Shown here in pieces: positions 8,452-18,907 of a DNA stretch of 64,000 bases (position 1 is its first letter; the number at the start of each line of letters is the position of its first letter). Below the pieces are notes generated by a model that was not told the origin of the DNA, did no database searches, and saw only the letters and a program-made list of their open reading frames with translations. A program made the translations under genes and the position numbers. The stretch is from contig DATKGN010000013.1 in the NCBI GenBank assembly GCA_035510735.1, forward strand, positions 128,596 through 192,595, written 5' to 3'. The stretch comes from Patescibacteria group bacterium (GTDB lineage Bacteria > Patescibacteriota > Microgenomatia > UBA10105 > UBA927).

Positions 8452-9957
8452 TTATAGGATTTTACTAGTCACCAACTTGGGTGGAGTTGCAAGAATCGAT
8501 TGATAGAGCATCATGTATTGTTTAGCCGATTCAGTCCATGAAAAATCACGTTTCATCGCTGATTCTACCATGCGGTAATGTTTTTTCGGATTGGTGGTTT
8601 TCACACGGAGAGCACTTATGATCATATTTTCAAGTTCTATGGAAGATGAGTTGGTAAATATATAGCCGTTCTTGCCATTTATGACCGTGTCATTAAGGCC
8701 GCCCGTCGCCCGTGCAATCGGCAGCGCCCCATAGCGCATCGCATTCATTTGGATAAGGCAACAGGGTTCATAATAAGATGGGATCATCATAAAATCGCTC
8801 GCTGCATAAATGAGTGAAGCGAGTTCATCATCATACACCGTGACAACGGCAATCCTGTCAGGATTAAAAGCGCGCAGGAGATGAAACCGCTCTTCCCACG
8901 ATTCTTCTCCCTGACCCATAATCACAAACTGACACTCCTTAAGGGCCTCCCGCACAATCATTCGGTGAATGAGGTCAATCCCCTTTTGCTTCTGGTCGAA
9001 CCTGCCGATGTACCCGATCACCGGAATTGACGCATTGACGGGCAAACTTAGCCGCTCCTGCAGCTTTTTTTTGTTAATCTGTTTACCACGGGTAATATCG
9101 ACAACTGCCGCATCATTGACGCTGTCTTTTTCCTTGGCAGAATACCGAACACCCAAAAATATATTGGTTGCGGGATTTTTCAATGTATAGTCAATACCGT
9201 TTAATATAGCCGAAGTTTTATACATATTTCCCCTGACGGCAACATCGAGTCCCGCACCGTGTTCTTCCGTCTGGATTTCTTTGAGATACGTCGGCGACAC
9301 CGTATTGATCCAGTCAGCGTTTACGATTCCTTCTAATAACAAATTAAATTGATGCGTTTCTGATTCCCATTTAACCATAGACAATGATTCGCGCGGTATG
9401 TGTAATTTATCGGCAATGACGGCAGCAAACGACCGCTGATGGGATATACAGTGAATCGTAAGAAGAGTCTTAATATTTAAATTATTTACTTTTATTAAAA
9501 GAGGAATTAACCCGCAATGATTATCGTTACAGTGAACGATATCAGGACGCCAGGTACCGAACAATCCAGCTTTGAGAGCCTCGACAACTGCAAGTCCGAA
9601 TATAACGAATGTTTCTGGAATCGGTTTATCAAAATACTCTTTATTTCCGATGAGGTACACAGGAATGTCGGTTGTTAAAAAAAATATTTTATGAATGGTG
9701 ATCGCGACTTTCTGTTTTCCGTAGAAAACGGTAAATTCCGCTACCTTCTTCTTGCGTTGACCCAATACGTTTAATGCTTTGTAATGAGGTATCACCAGGC
9801 GGATATCTACCCCCATGGATTTAAGTGCTCGAGGAAGAGAACGCGCAACTTCACCTAACCCTCCGACTTTTAAGAACGGCTCAACTTCCCATACTGCGAA
9901 TAATACATTTAGAATTGTAGGCTGCTTTGAAGTTTTTTTTATTGGCTTTTGAACCAT
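8452..9957 (-). CDS. glgA: Glycogen synthase (GT5, ADP/UDP-glucose dependent)
   Basis: N-terminal VWEVEPFLKVGGLGEV (the KVGGLGDV signature of GlgA) and overall GT-B architecture. Confidence 0.85.
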   Translation of the reverse strand: MVQKPIKKTSKQPTILNVLFAVWEVEPFLKVGGLGEVARSLPRALKSMGVDIRLVIPHYKALNVLGQRKKKVAEFTVFYGKQKVAITIHKIFFLTTDIPVYLIGNKEYFDKPIPETFVIFGLAVVEALKAGLFGTWRPDIVHCNDNHCGLIPLLIKVNNLNIKTLLTIHCISHQRSFAAVIADKLHIPRESLSMVKWESETHQFNLLLEGIVNADWINTVSPTYLKEIQTEEHGAGLDVAVRGNMYKTSAILNGIDYTLKNPATNIFLGVRYSAKEKDSVNDAAVVDITRGKQINKKKLQERLSLPVNASIPVIGYIGRFDQKQKGIDLIHRMIVREALKECQFVIMGQGEESWEERFHLLRAFNPDRIAVVTVYDDELASLIYAASDFMMIPSYYEPCCLIQMNAMRYGALPIARATGGLNDTVINGKNGYIFTNSSSIELENMIISALRVKTTNPKKHYRMVESAMKRDFSWTESAKQYMMLYQSILATPPKLVTSKIL

Positions 9958-10088
9958 CTATATGAGAGTATAACACAAATAGATTATATTGGCGCGCTAT
10001 TTTGCACCATAACAATATACAATAACACCTTTTGACGGCCTGAACCAACATACTTATGGTATTTTTCTGATGACTGAAGGCCTAAACG

Positions 10089-10658
10089 CTATCGTTCTCC
10101 AATAACAACCCGAACGACCATATCATCATTCGGAATATGGAGGAAAACATATTCCATGAGAAGCTTTCTGCCTTTGGTGATGACGCTATTGCAATCAGCG
10201 GGAGCAGCGGCTGTTAGATTTGTCGAAATGTTATCCATGAGATAACACACGTGATCTTTTGCAAGCGATTTTGAAATGGACCCACCGGGGATAAGATGGA
10301 CAGTCCATAATAGTTCTCGAGCATTAATAACCTCCGCGTCTTCAGATGACCAATACGAAAGAATAAATTGATTTTTTATGGTATCAACTGAAAGTACACT
10401 GCCAATAAGTGAATGGGCAAAATTAAACGACGCGCCCACACTAACAGGCTTTTTGGGGAGCGCGTTTGCCACCATATAGCCGATAAAGATAATAATGATA
10501 AGCGCGGTGCCGATGAGTTGCTGTACGCGGAGTCTTGATTCACTGAGCATTACCGCCGTCCGCGGATTCATCTGCACTTTCGGATTTTTGGGATTATCGG
10601 CAATGAACCGAAATGCCTGTGAGATATAAAATTTTTTGCCGCTGCGGACTTGCTGCAT
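10089..10658 (-). CDS. Hypothetical membrane-anchored protein
   Basis: Single TM helix (LIGTALIIIIFIGYMVANAL) followed by a soluble domain; no family recognised. Confidence 0.45.
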   Translation of the reverse strand: MQQVRSGKKFYISQAFRFIADNPKNPKVQMNPRTAVMLSESRLRVQQLIGTALIIIIFIGYMVANALPKKPVSVGASFNFAHSLIGSVLSVDTIKNQFILSYWSSEDAEVINARELLWTVHLIPGGSISKSLAKDHVCYLMDNISTNLTAAAPADCNSVITKGRKLLMEYVFLHIPNDDMVVRVVIGER

Positions 10659-10715
10659 ACGTTTATCGTATTATCTCACTTATTCAAAAGAAATGAACTA
10701 TTGTACAATAGGTCC

Positions 10716-11081
10716 ATGGATCAGACTGAATTTGAATCGCTCGTCAGAGAATCGCTCGACAGTCTTCCAAAAAAAATTGCCGAGAGATTAAATAATGTTG
10801 AAGTCATGGTCGATGTCTGGCCTGATGAAGAGGAACTACGGGCAGGTAATATAAAACCGGGAATGACACTTTTTGGATTATACCGCGGCGTTCCGCAAAC
10901 ACACCGGATAAACTATAACGCTGCAATCCCTGATAACATCACGATATTCATGGGGCCGTTTCTTTCGATATTCGGTGATAACCGTCTGCTTTTAAAACAA
11001 GAGGTTAAAAAAACCGTTCTTCATGAAATCGGCCATCACTTCGGCATGAGCGATGAGGAGATCAGGGCTGCAGGGAAATAA
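10716..11081 (+). CDS. Putative Zn-dependent metallopeptidase (DUF1025 / zincin-like)
   Basis: C-terminal HEIGHHFG (HExxH) motif; start chosen at MDQTEFES (the ORF track starts it at 10650). Confidence 0.6.
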   Translation: MDQTEFESLVRESLDSLPKKIAERLNNVEVMVDVWPDEEELRAGNIKPGMTLFGLYRGVPQTHRINYNAAIPDNITIFMGPFLSIFGDNRLLLKQEVKKTVLHEIGHHFGMSDEEIRAAGK

Positions 11082-11082
11082 T

Positions 11083-11706
11083 TCAGTATCCATTTGGACG
11101 CTGACCTTGGCTATTTCCGGAATTACTTCCCGGATATCCCTGCGGAGGCGGTGGTACGATCCGATTATAAAAGCGCGGCGTTGGTCCACTTGCACCGGTC
11201 GAAACTCCCGTCGATTCCATAGGTTCACCGAAAAACGCCGTTGAGATGTTATTTGTTTTAAGCCAGTTACGGAAATTCGTTTCCAGCTGAGTCAATTCCT
11301 GTTGTTTCGCCTTGATCGCTGCAAGTTGACTGAGGATTTCCGTTTCCTGTGCTTGAGAGATTTTCCCTTCTTTGACGGCCTGGTCCAACCGTGCCTGAGG
11401 GTCACCCATCTGCCCGATTGAACCCGTTGCACCGGATGGCCCCCACATATATCTGTAACCGGAACCGGTCGCTCCGTATGGAGCTACATTGGGCACATTC
11501 ATCAAACCCGTGCTTGTATTCCCGCCTAATCGTCTTAGGAAATTCTGGACTACACCAATAAATCCGCCTCCGGTTTGAGTTTCTGCTCCTTTAACCTGAC
11601 CCGCCATGCCGTCAAACGGCCAAAATGCCAAGACGCTCGTCGGGAGGATAATAAGAGTGATGAATAATGCAACTGTTACTGATGTACCGAAAACGTTCTT
11701 TTTCAT
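11083..11706 (-). CDS. Secreted Gly/Ser-rich hypothetical protein
   Basis: N-terminal signal peptide (MKKNVFGTSVTVALFITLIILPTSVLA), low-complexity G/S/T/P-rich composition, central coiled-coil. Confidence 0.5.
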   Translation of the reverse strand: MKKNVFGTSVTVALFITLIILPTSVLAFWPFDGMAGQVKGAETQTGGGFIGVVQNFLRRLGGNTSTGLMNVPNVAPYGATGSGYRYMWGPSGATGSIGQMGDPQARLDQAVKEGKISQAQETEILSQLAAIKAKQQELTQLETNFRNWLKTNNISTAFFGEPMESTGVSTGASGPTPRFYNRIVPPPPQGYPGSNSGNSQGQRPNGY

Positions 11707-11795
11707 AGAGCCTCCTTAACACGTAATCTATATAGTATATACACGTTCATTCATTTGGCACAAATATGTAATCTAACGTATAATATCTTCATTGT

Positions 11796-12320
11796 ATGGT
11801 ATCTAACAAAAAGGCTCTACCAATACTCAGCGCGTTCGCTATATTTACGCTTCTTGGACTAACGTCCCCATCTGTGCATGCGGCAACAACTTATCCGACC
11901 AGGCGAACACCACAATATATTTACGTATATGGGACACCAACTCCGTTTGTCCGCTCCCTACTTCGACGGAAAGTAGCACCCAAAAAAACATCACCGTTTA
12001 ACCAGATTATCGGCAAGATTGGTCCGGCGATCCTGGGCAGCGGCGGTGTCATTCTCGGAGCCGTTGTGGCTTGGTATACGTTACGGCGTAAAACAAAGGC
12101 ATTTGACGTATATTTTGAACGTATTTCCCATGCGCAGGAGAAGTATCAGCAAACAATAGCCCTCGGTGTTATGGACAGAGATAAGGCGCTATACATTCTT
12201 AAAACGGAACTCGTGTCCATACAGGAAGAGGTAGAAATGGCTGTAGCGAGGAAAAAACTCGATCAGGAACAGCTTATCGCAGTGAGTAATAAAATCGAAC
12301 GGATTCTCAATAAAAAATAA
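11796..12320 (+). CDS. Hypothetical membrane protein (signal peptide, one TM, C-terminal coiled-coil)
   Basis: ORF plus hydrophobicity pattern. Confidence 0.45.
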   Translation: MVSNKKALPILSAFAIFTLLGLTSPSVHAATTYPTRRTPQYIYVYGTPTPFVRSLLRRKVAPKKTSPFNQIIGKIGPAILGSGGVILGAVVAWYTLRRKTKAFDVYFERISHAQEKYQQTIALGVMDRDKALYILKTELVSIQEEVEMAVARKKLDQEQLIAVSNKIERILNKK

Positions 12321-12338
12321 CTATAGTCTCTTGCGTGG

Positions 12339-12815
12339 TTACTGGATAACACCGTTGGTATCGGTGATGATGCCGTAATCATCACGGTAGTTTATATCGC
12401 GGTCACTACCCGCATTATCATCAACCGGTGTCATTTCGATAAAATAAAGAGTATCCCCCTTCTTAACAACATACCGCTGATACTGATCATCAGAATCCTT
12501 TGGCGTCAAATCAACCTGCGTCGATCCGTCGGGCAACATTGTCGTATTCACACTAAACCCTATGGTCGCTTTTTTTGCATCAACGCTCATGGGACCAGGG
12601 ACAACTTGAAACGCAAATTTCGCAAGCTGTGAACCCGGAAGCTTCATCCCTTTGGATAGCATTTGCGGTCTGCCGCTTGGTGACGGCGGTTTCTTGCTCT
12701 GCGCACTAAGCACCATTGCAGTCGGAACCTGAGACCGGTTTCGTTTCATGACAATATATCCCGTTTCAACAATAACCGCGAGCATTAAACCTGCGATGAG
12801 AATATTTTTATTCAT
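12339..12815 (-). CDS. Hypothetical membrane-anchored protein
   Basis: N-terminal TM helix and a soluble beta-rich domain. The perfect palindrome TTGTAATATATATTACAA lies 5 bp upstream of the start. Confidence 0.45.
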   Translation of the reverse strand: MNKNILIAGLMLAVIVETGYIVMKRNRSQVPTAMVLSAQSKKPPSPSGRPQMLSKGMKLPGSQLAKFAFQVVPGPMSVDAKKATIGFSVNTTMLPDGSTQVDLTPKDSDDQYQRYVVKKGDTLYFIEMTPVDDNAGSDRDINYRDDYGIITDTNGVIQ

Positions 12816-12938
12816 AATATTGTAATATATATTACAAAGAATAAATTACCATTATTTAAACATTTTGTAAAGTAGATCATTACCATACTTAATTACGTAT
12901 ACTCGTAATTTACTTCAACTTATGTATAATACCCTTAC

Positions 12939-13817
12939 GTGAATACACCAGCATCATCTATATCTTTTCAAATTAAACAACGTACAATTTTTATACTATT
13001 GTGTGCAACCGTATTCTTCTTATGTTCTCCTTTATTACTTAAAGGACAATTGAACGTCTATGCTGCTGTTGTTATCAATGAAATTCTCCCAAAACCAAGC
13101 GACCCTGCTAATCAATGGATAGAACTTTATAACACCGGAACGGACACTGTATCTCTCAACCAGTGGAAAATCGAAAATACTTCAAACGGCGGCAAATCCT
13201 ATATTATCGCAGCCAGCGGCTCGATATCAGGACATGGTTTTTATCTCATTAACCGATCTCAATCGGCAATCCCACTAAGTATTGAAGGTGATACCGTAAA
13301 ATTATCCGATCCCAATAACACAGCAGTCGACACTCAAAGCTACCCGGGGACACTGGGGTTTAATACTTCGATGGGCAGGATGCCCGATGGAACCGGCCTC
13401 TGGACAATCTGTGCACCTACTGCACCGGATGGCCCCTACGCTTTTACACCAAATCTGCCGAACAACTGTCCAATTCCAACCCCATCACCCACTCCAACAG
13501 TAACACCAGTACCCACGAGCACACCGATTCCCACCGATACGCCGACAGATGCACCCACTCCGACTGCAATGAGAACGTTCGCACCGATAACATTCGGCAA
13601 TGTTTTGGGAACAACAAATTCTCTTACCCCGACTCTTACGCCCTCCCCGACACCCGGCGATGTATTAAAAATTGTAATACCAAATGCCATAGTGGTCCCT
13701 AAAACACTTGCAATTCAAATCGGTATAATCGTTGCTGCTTGGATACTTATAGCCGTGACGGCAACAATAAGAGGAAGACGAAAACGCCAAAAACGCGCTA
13801 TACCGCCGGTTAGTTAA
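12939..13817 (+). CDS. Lamin tail domain (LTD) surface protein with Pro/Thr-rich linker and C-terminal membrane anchor
   Basis: VVINEILPKPSD...NQWIELYNTG is the LTD signature. It is followed by a PTPSPTPTVTPVPTSTP linker and a C-terminal TM helix plus RGRRKRQKR tail. Confidence 0.65.
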   Translation: MNTPASSISFQIKQRTIFILLCATVFFLCSPLLLKGQLNVYAAVVINEILPKPSDPANQWIELYNTGTDTVSLNQWKIENTSNGGKSYIIAASGSISGHGFYLINRSQSAIPLSIEGDTVKLSDPNNTAVDTQSYPGTLGFNTSMGRMPDGTGLWTICAPTAPDGPYAFTPNLPNNCPIPTPSPTPTVTPVPTSTPIPTDTPTDAPTPTAMRTFAPITFGNVLGTTNSLTPTLTPSPTPGDVLKIVIPNAIVVPKTLAIQIGIIVAAWILIAVTATIRGRRKRQKRAIPPVS

Positions 13818-14319
13818 TAATTTCAACTCCTCCGAATACACCCACTCCCTTCACGTGAAGCCTCGGAGATGCGTCTGTGCCACCCGAAGTTAGGTTGGAA
13901 AATCCGCCCATAACTCCTGCACCCTCTGAACTCACGCGCCAACCCTTGGGGATAATCACTTTAAGACCTCCGAAAACAGCAACGAGCTCTAATTCCATTG
14001 TTTTTGCTTTACTTTTTACCTCTGACAAATCAATTTGCATACCGGAGAACACTGCGACGGCTTTTCCACCCGTGAATGATGACGTAATCACCCGTTTATC
14101 CGATCCACTAAATATTGCAATTTCATTAATCTCATCTTGGTGTAATTCGGACGAACGAACAGCACCCGCACGACTGCACCATTTTCTGAAAAGAAGAATC
14201 CTCAACCCGATAAAGATAAATATAAACGGTATTGCATAATGAAACCAATCAAAATTTGTTAACGCAGAGAGACCGATAAAGACAAACAATATTCCGAAAA
14301 TTAACCGCCGTGTTGTCAT
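13810..14319 (-). CDS. LiaF-like / DUF2154 cell-envelope stress protein
   Basis: Two N-terminal TM helices and a C-terminal beta-rich domain with the repetitive GG(V/L)K(V/I) pattern typical of the LiaF C-terminal domain. Confidence 0.5.
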   Translation of the reverse strand: MTTRRLIFGILFVFIGLSALTNFDWFHYAIPFIFIFIGLRILLFRKWCSRAGAVRSSELHQDEINEIAIFSGSDKRVITSSFTGGKAVAVFSGMQIDLSEVKSKAKTMELELVAVFGGLKVIIPKGWRVSSEGAGVMGGFSNLTSGGTDASPRLHVKGVGVFGGVEIIN

Positions 14320-14717
14320 TTTATATACCTTCTTAACGTTTCTAATATTGTGGTAATTTCTTTAGGCAATACGAACGTGCTTGCAATCGATGACCCAACT
14401 GATTGCAAACTGAAAATAAAGACTATCCCGAATACGAATACAGCCAGGAAAAAGAGAATTGCATCCGCTAAAACGGAACTTCCAAGTAGTATTTGAAGAC
14501 CCATAAAGATAAAGATGACCGGCCAGAACTGCCCAATCGTATGCCAAACCACCCATGGGACGACACCGGCAGTATTTAAGAGAAGTATAATACCGGCAAA
14601 AAGGAACATGACGCCCGCAACGGGCCTCCCTGAATCGCGATGATGGTGGCGTTCGTGATCATACGTATCGCCAAAAATTTCTACATGTGGTTCGTGATTC
14701 GAATCTTTCTCATGCAT
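14316..14717 (-). CDS. Small polytopic membrane protein with His-rich N-terminus (LiaI/DUF5668-like)
   Basis: Overlaps the downstream LiaF-like gene by 4 bp (ATGA), suggesting an operon. Confidence 0.4.
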   Translation of the reverse strand: MHEKDSNHEPHVEIFGDTYDHERHHHRDSGRPVAGVMFLFAGIILLLNTAGVVPWVVWHTIGQFWPVIFIFMGLQILLGSSVLADAILFFLAVFVFGIVFIFSLQSVGSSIASTFVLPKEITTILETLRRYIK

Positions 14718-14777
14718 ATAGAATAATTATAGGCAAAATAATGCCATTTTTATGTAAGGCAACTAACAAAACAATAT

Positions 14778-15053
14778 TTATGGAGCTTTGAGGAGATTTG
14801 CAAATTTAAGCTTGTATAGATTTTCAAGAAGGTCAGCCCCCGCGTAGCCGGCGAGTAGCGACGTCCGCCAATCGGAATTGATAACCACTCCGGCGGCAAG
14901 ACCCGACAGAACAGCGACAATGATTGAAAGGGTAAGATATTTCCATTGAAATGGTTGCGTTGGCGGCAACATCTGCGATTTTGTTATCCCGACCAAGCCT
15001 CGTACCAGGCCCCCAAAGGCCCCGGCTAATACCTGCATCGTTGTTAATGACAT
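14778..15053 (-). CDS. Small membrane protein (2 TM)
   Basis: ORF plus hydrophobic pattern. Confidence 0.35.
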   Translation of the reverse strand: MSLTTMQVLAGAFGGLVRGLVGITKSQMLPPTQPFQWKYLTLSIIVAVLSGLAAGVVINSDWRTSLLAGYAGADLLENLYKLKFANLLKAP

Positions 15054-15068
15054 GCGGTGACCCCTTCT

Positions 15069-15401
15069 TTAAAATCCCTGCATTGAGTTAAACTGGCCCA
15101 TCTGTTTATTTACTGCATTGACAATATCGACGGTCCACTTAACAGCTAAAAGCAGTACGATGACGGTAATGACCATTGCGACTGTGCCCACGATTTTTGA
15201 TTTCTGATCATCCCGCTTCAGATATCGCCACCCCCATATAACACCCATCGGTGGAAGAAAAATGCTGCCGAGATAGAGCATCGCCTGACTCTCGGGGGTA
15301 ACGGAGGGCGGTTTTTCATGGAGATTTTTACCGCAATTGAAACAAAAATAATCGCTCAGGCGCACCTCTGTATGGCACACCGGGCAAAAGCTTTTATCCA
15401 T
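15069..15401 (-). CDS. Zinc-ribbon membrane protein
   Basis: Start chosen at MDKSFCPVCH...CFNCGKNL (C4 ribbon) followed by two TM helices. The longer track ORF would overlap the beta-lactamase gene. Confidence 0.45.
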   Translation of the reverse strand: MDKSFCPVCHTEVRLSDYFCFNCGKNLHEKPPSVTPESQAMLYLGSIFLPPMGVIWGWRYLKRDDQKSKIVGTVAMVITVIVLLLAVKWTVDIVNAVNKQMGQFNSMQGF

Positions 15402-15475
15402 ACTCTTATTGTACACAATTACGCTCTGATACGTCATATAAGAGACACATAAACCGTCTATGATACAATCGCTAC

Positions 15476-16411
15476 ATGGTCGCGCGACACCAAAGAAACC
15501 ATCATGGAAACAGGGGTACAATGCTTCTTTTTTTCATAGCGCTTCTTGGCATCGGCATATATGGAGGAACCAGTTTTTACAATTCGCGTAAAATAATATC
15601 TCCTATCAGTGAAGTAAAAAAGAAGCAATCGTCAATTTTCAACCTGCTACACCCACAAAAAAACCCCGACACCCTTAAAACGGCAATCAAAAATCAAATT
15701 GGAGACGCGTGGGAAAATTATTCTGTTTATGTCGTTGATTTCAATTCTCCGTTTGTCATGGCGATTAACGAATCAACGATCTTTACTGCTGCTTCAGTCA
15801 ACAAAGTACCAATCCTCGCCGCCCTTTATGCGGAAGCACAAAGCGGCACTATCAACTTTGACACCGTTATAACGCTCCAGGAAGACGACATACAGGATTA
15901 CGGCACGGGCAGCATCCGATATGATCCGCCGGGCACAACGTATACCATTAAGACCCTTGCCAGACTTATGATGCAAAAAAGCGATAATACGGCGGCCTAT
16001 CTGTTGGCCAACTATACTATCGGATTGGATGTGGTTCAAAAATATGTAAATGGCTGGGGTATGACACAAACCGATATGGCAAACAACAAAACGTCAAATA
16101 CCGACATGGCAATTCTATTCAAAAAGATCATGGATAAAAAGATAACGAGCCCAGCACTATCGGTAGAAATGTTGGGATTTCTCAAAGACAGTGATTTCGA
16201 GGATCGCCTGCCGGCGCTTCTGCCTAAGGATGCCATCGTTTATCACAAAATCGGTACGGGAACTGGAACCGTCCATGATGTTGGGGTCGTTGTCCACGGG
16301 GACACGGAATATTACATCGGAATATTCACAAGCGATATCACTGATGAAGAACAGGCGTCAACATTAGCAGCCGAGGTGTCAAAAACAGTCTACGATTTTA
16401 TGGTGAGGTAA
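15476..16411 (+). CDS. Class A beta-lactamase-like serine hydrolase
   Basis: S-x-x-K (SVNK), SDN and KTG-like (KIGTGTG) motifs in the correct order. An alternative start at 15521 (MLLFFIAL...) gives a signal-anchor. Confidence 0.75.
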   Translation: MVARHQRNHHGNRGTMLLFFIALLGIGIYGGTSFYNSRKIISPISEVKKKQSSIFNLLHPQKNPDTLKTAIKNQIGDAWENYSVYVVDFNSPFVMAINESTIFTAASVNKVPILAALYAEAQSGTINFDTVITLQEDDIQDYGTGSIRYDPPGTTYTIKTLARLMMQKSDNTAAYLLANYTIGLDVVQKYVNGWGMTQTDMANNKTSNTDMAILFKKIMDKKITSPALSVEMLGFLKDSDFEDRLPALLPKDAIVYHKIGTGTGTVHDVGVVVHGDTEYYIGIFTSDITDEEQASTLAAEVSKTVYDFMVR

Positions 16412-18820
16412 CTATTTCTTGGCAAGGGCAATCTTGAGTACTTCATCCATGTGCTCAACAAAGTGAAAGGTCAGTTCATCCTGAACTATCTTCGGAATAT
16501 CCTCAAGATCCTTCTTGTTATTCTTGGGTAGTATAAGCGTCTTAATACCAGACCTGTGTGCCGCAATAACTTTTTCTTTCACTCCTCCGATCTCAAGTAC
16601 CCGTCCGCGTAGCGTAATTTCCCCTGTCATGGCAACCGTCCGCCTTACCGGAGTTTTTGTAAGGGCAGATACAAGTGCTGTGCCGATTGCAGCACCGGCA
16701 GACGGTCCATCCTTGGGAACAGCCCCCTCTGGCACGTGAACATGAATATCTATTTTCTGGAAAAATTTTTCCGCAAGACCCAACTCTTTCCAACGGCTCC
16801 TGACATAGGAAAGCGCCGCCTGAGCCGACTCCTTCATCACATCTCCGAGCTGACCGGTCAGAGTTATTGTCCCCCGTCCGGGCATGAGTGCGGCTTCGAT
16901 AAATAAAATTTCTCCTCCTGCCTCGGTCCACGCAAGACCCGTCGACATGCCGATCTCGTCCTGTTTTTCCGCTAGATACGAGGTAAATTTATACGGCCCC
17001 AGATAGTCGTGAAGCGATTTCGGAGCGATCGTGTATATTTCACTCTTCTTTTCGTCGTCAGCTATTTTTTTGGCAACCTTCCGAAATATGGTCGCAATTT
17101 CTCGCTCTAAACTTCTGACTCCGGCTTCCCGTGTATATCTTCTTATTATTTCGTAAATAGATTCATCCGTTAATTTCACAACGTTCGTCGGTATCGCATG
17201 CACCTCACGCTGTTTTTCATAAAGAAAATCTTTAGCGATATGGAATTTTTCTTCCTCCGTATATCCTGCAAAACGAATAATCTCCAGGCGGTCGCGTAGA
17301 GCGGGTGGGATGGTGTCAAGCACGTTACATGTCGTGATAAAAAAGACATCAGAAAGATCAAATGGGACTTCAAGATAATGATCGGAGAACGCATAGTTTT
17401 GCTCCGGATCCAACGCCTCAAGAAGCGCGCTTGATGGGTCGCCGCGGAAATCCGTTCCGACTTTGTCAATTTCATCAAGCATGTAAACCGGATTTTTAGT
17501 TCCTGCCTGTTTAATACCCTGAATGATGCGCCCCGGAAGCGCTCCGACGTACGTCCGCCTATGCCCCCTTATCTCCGCTTCATCACGGATTCCTCCTAGC
17601 GACATTTTCACAAATTTACGGCCAAGGGCTTTCGCAATCGACTTACCGATGGACGTTTTTCCGACTCCAGGCGGTCCCACGAAACATAATATGGTCGGGG
17701 AAGATTTACCCTGGCGTTTATTCACTTCCGTATCTTTCAGTTTTTTCTCATCCTTCTTTTCTTCTAACGATTCAGACGGCTGGACATTATTCCGAAGTTT
17801 CATGACAGCCAGATATTCCAGAATCCGTTCTTTAATTTTCTTTAAACCATAGTGATCTTTATCGAGCACGACCTCGGCATCATGGATGTTCACAGTATTA
17901 GGGCTTGAGATGCTCCATGGTAATTCAACAAGCATATCAAGATACGTCCGTACATACGAGGACTCAGGATTATACGCGGACATTTGGGCCAGGCGTGATA
18001 ACTCTTTTTCCGCTTTCGCCCTTACATCTGACGGCATCCCTGCTTTTTTAATCTTGTCTGCCAGTTCTTTGATCTCTTTATTATCGTCATTTTCCCCAAG
18101 CTCCTTTTCGATAGTCTTCATGCGCTCCCGCAAGACCTGTTCACGGACATTTTTATCGAATTTTTCCTGCGTCTTGTTTGCAATCTTACGCTCCAAATCC
18201 AAAATCTTCGTTTCTTTTGAAAGGTAATTTATCTCTTTTTCAAGCCGTTCCTTCACTGACTGGATTTCAAGGAGCTCCTGACGCTCACTTGGTTTAATAT
18301 CCAAAACGCCTGCCACATGATAGGAAAGCGCAAGCGGAGAAATACCGGACATAATATTCATGAACGTAAGAAAATCCATTGTTTTTCCCATTTTGACGGC
18401 GCTCCGGAGCTCCTGTGTCAGATGATTAAAAAGCGCTTTTGTTTCGTCGGTATCTTCGGTAACATCCTGGACATCAGTCACCCGTGCAATGAAATACGGC
18501 TCAACAGTTTCATATGACTGGATCTGAACTTTAGAGGTTCCGCGAACGAGAGCATTGATTTCCCCTTCATTTTTCATCATCTGCACAATCTCACCGACGG
18601 TCGCAATCCCATAGAGGTCTGAGGGAGTCGGATCATTAATATTGGGATTCCGCTGCATCACAAGGACTACTTTTTTGCCAGTTGTCTGTGCGGCTTCAAT
18701 AGATGAAACAGAGCGCTGCCGACCGAACGTGAGGATCATTTCAGTACCAGGAAAAACGATTCCGTCACGGATAGGAACTACCGGAAGTAATTGACCTGTT
18801 GGTTGTTCTACATCATTCAT
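16412..18820 (-). CDS. lon: ATP-dependent Lon protease
   Basis: 802 aa with LON N-domain, AAA+ Walker A (GPPGVGKTS) and a C-terminal Ser-Lys protease domain (DGPSAG...). Confidence 0.95.
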   Translation of the reverse strand: MNDVEQPTGQLLPVVPIRDGIVFPGTEMILTFGRQRSVSSIEAAQTTGKKVVLVMQRNPNINDPTPSDLYGIATVGEIVQMMKNEGEINALVRGTSKVQIQSYETVEPYFIARVTDVQDVTEDTDETKALFNHLTQELRSAVKMGKTMDFLTFMNIMSGISPLALSYHVAGVLDIKPSERQELLEIQSVKERLEKEINYLSKETKILDLERKIANKTQEKFDKNVREQVLRERMKTIEKELGENDDNKEIKELADKIKKAGMPSDVRAKAEKELSRLAQMSAYNPESSYVRTYLDMLVELPWSISSPNTVNIHDAEVVLDKDHYGLKKIKERILEYLAVMKLRNNVQPSESLEEKKDEKKLKDTEVNKRQGKSSPTILCFVGPPGVGKTSIGKSIAKALGRKFVKMSLGGIRDEAEIRGHRRTYVGALPGRIIQGIKQAGTKNPVYMLDEIDKVGTDFRGDPSSALLEALDPEQNYAFSDHYLEVPFDLSDVFFITTCNVLDTIPPALRDRLEIIRFAGYTEEEKFHIAKDFLYEKQREVHAIPTNVVKLTDESIYEIIRRYTREAGVRSLEREIATIFRKVAKKIADDEKKSEIYTIAPKSLHDYLGPYKFTSYLAEKQDEIGMSTGLAWTEAGGEILFIEAALMPGRGTITLTGQLGDVMKESAQAALSYVRSRWKELGLAEKFFQKIDIHVHVPEGAVPKDGPSAGAAIGTALVSALTKTPVRRTVAMTGEITLRGRVLEIGGVKEKVIAAHRSGIKTLILPKNNKKDLEDIPKIVQDELTFHFVEHMDEVLKIALAKK

Positions 18821-18907
18821 AAAAATTTATATAAAATGATATTTAGCACTCAATTATAACAACTGCTAAAATCGACGTCAACCCCCCAAAAAATTCATAC
18901 CCTTCTG

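Noticed and set aside
13436-13690. 84-aa minus-strand ORF rich in Gly/Val
   Set aside because: It is the antisense reading of the Pro/Thr linker of the LTD protein. The same artefact occurs at 33299-33493 and 60152-60433, opposite other PT linkers.
15069-15521. Full 150-aa minus ORF overlapping the beta-lactamase start
   Set aside because: The first 40 codons have no signal or TM logic and overlap the convergent gene. An internal Met at the zinc ribbon gives a cleaner gene.
16515-18517. Several 60-113 aa plus-strand ORFs and a 112-aa minus-strand ORF
   Set aside because: All are embedded in or antisense to the 802-aa Lon protease gene.
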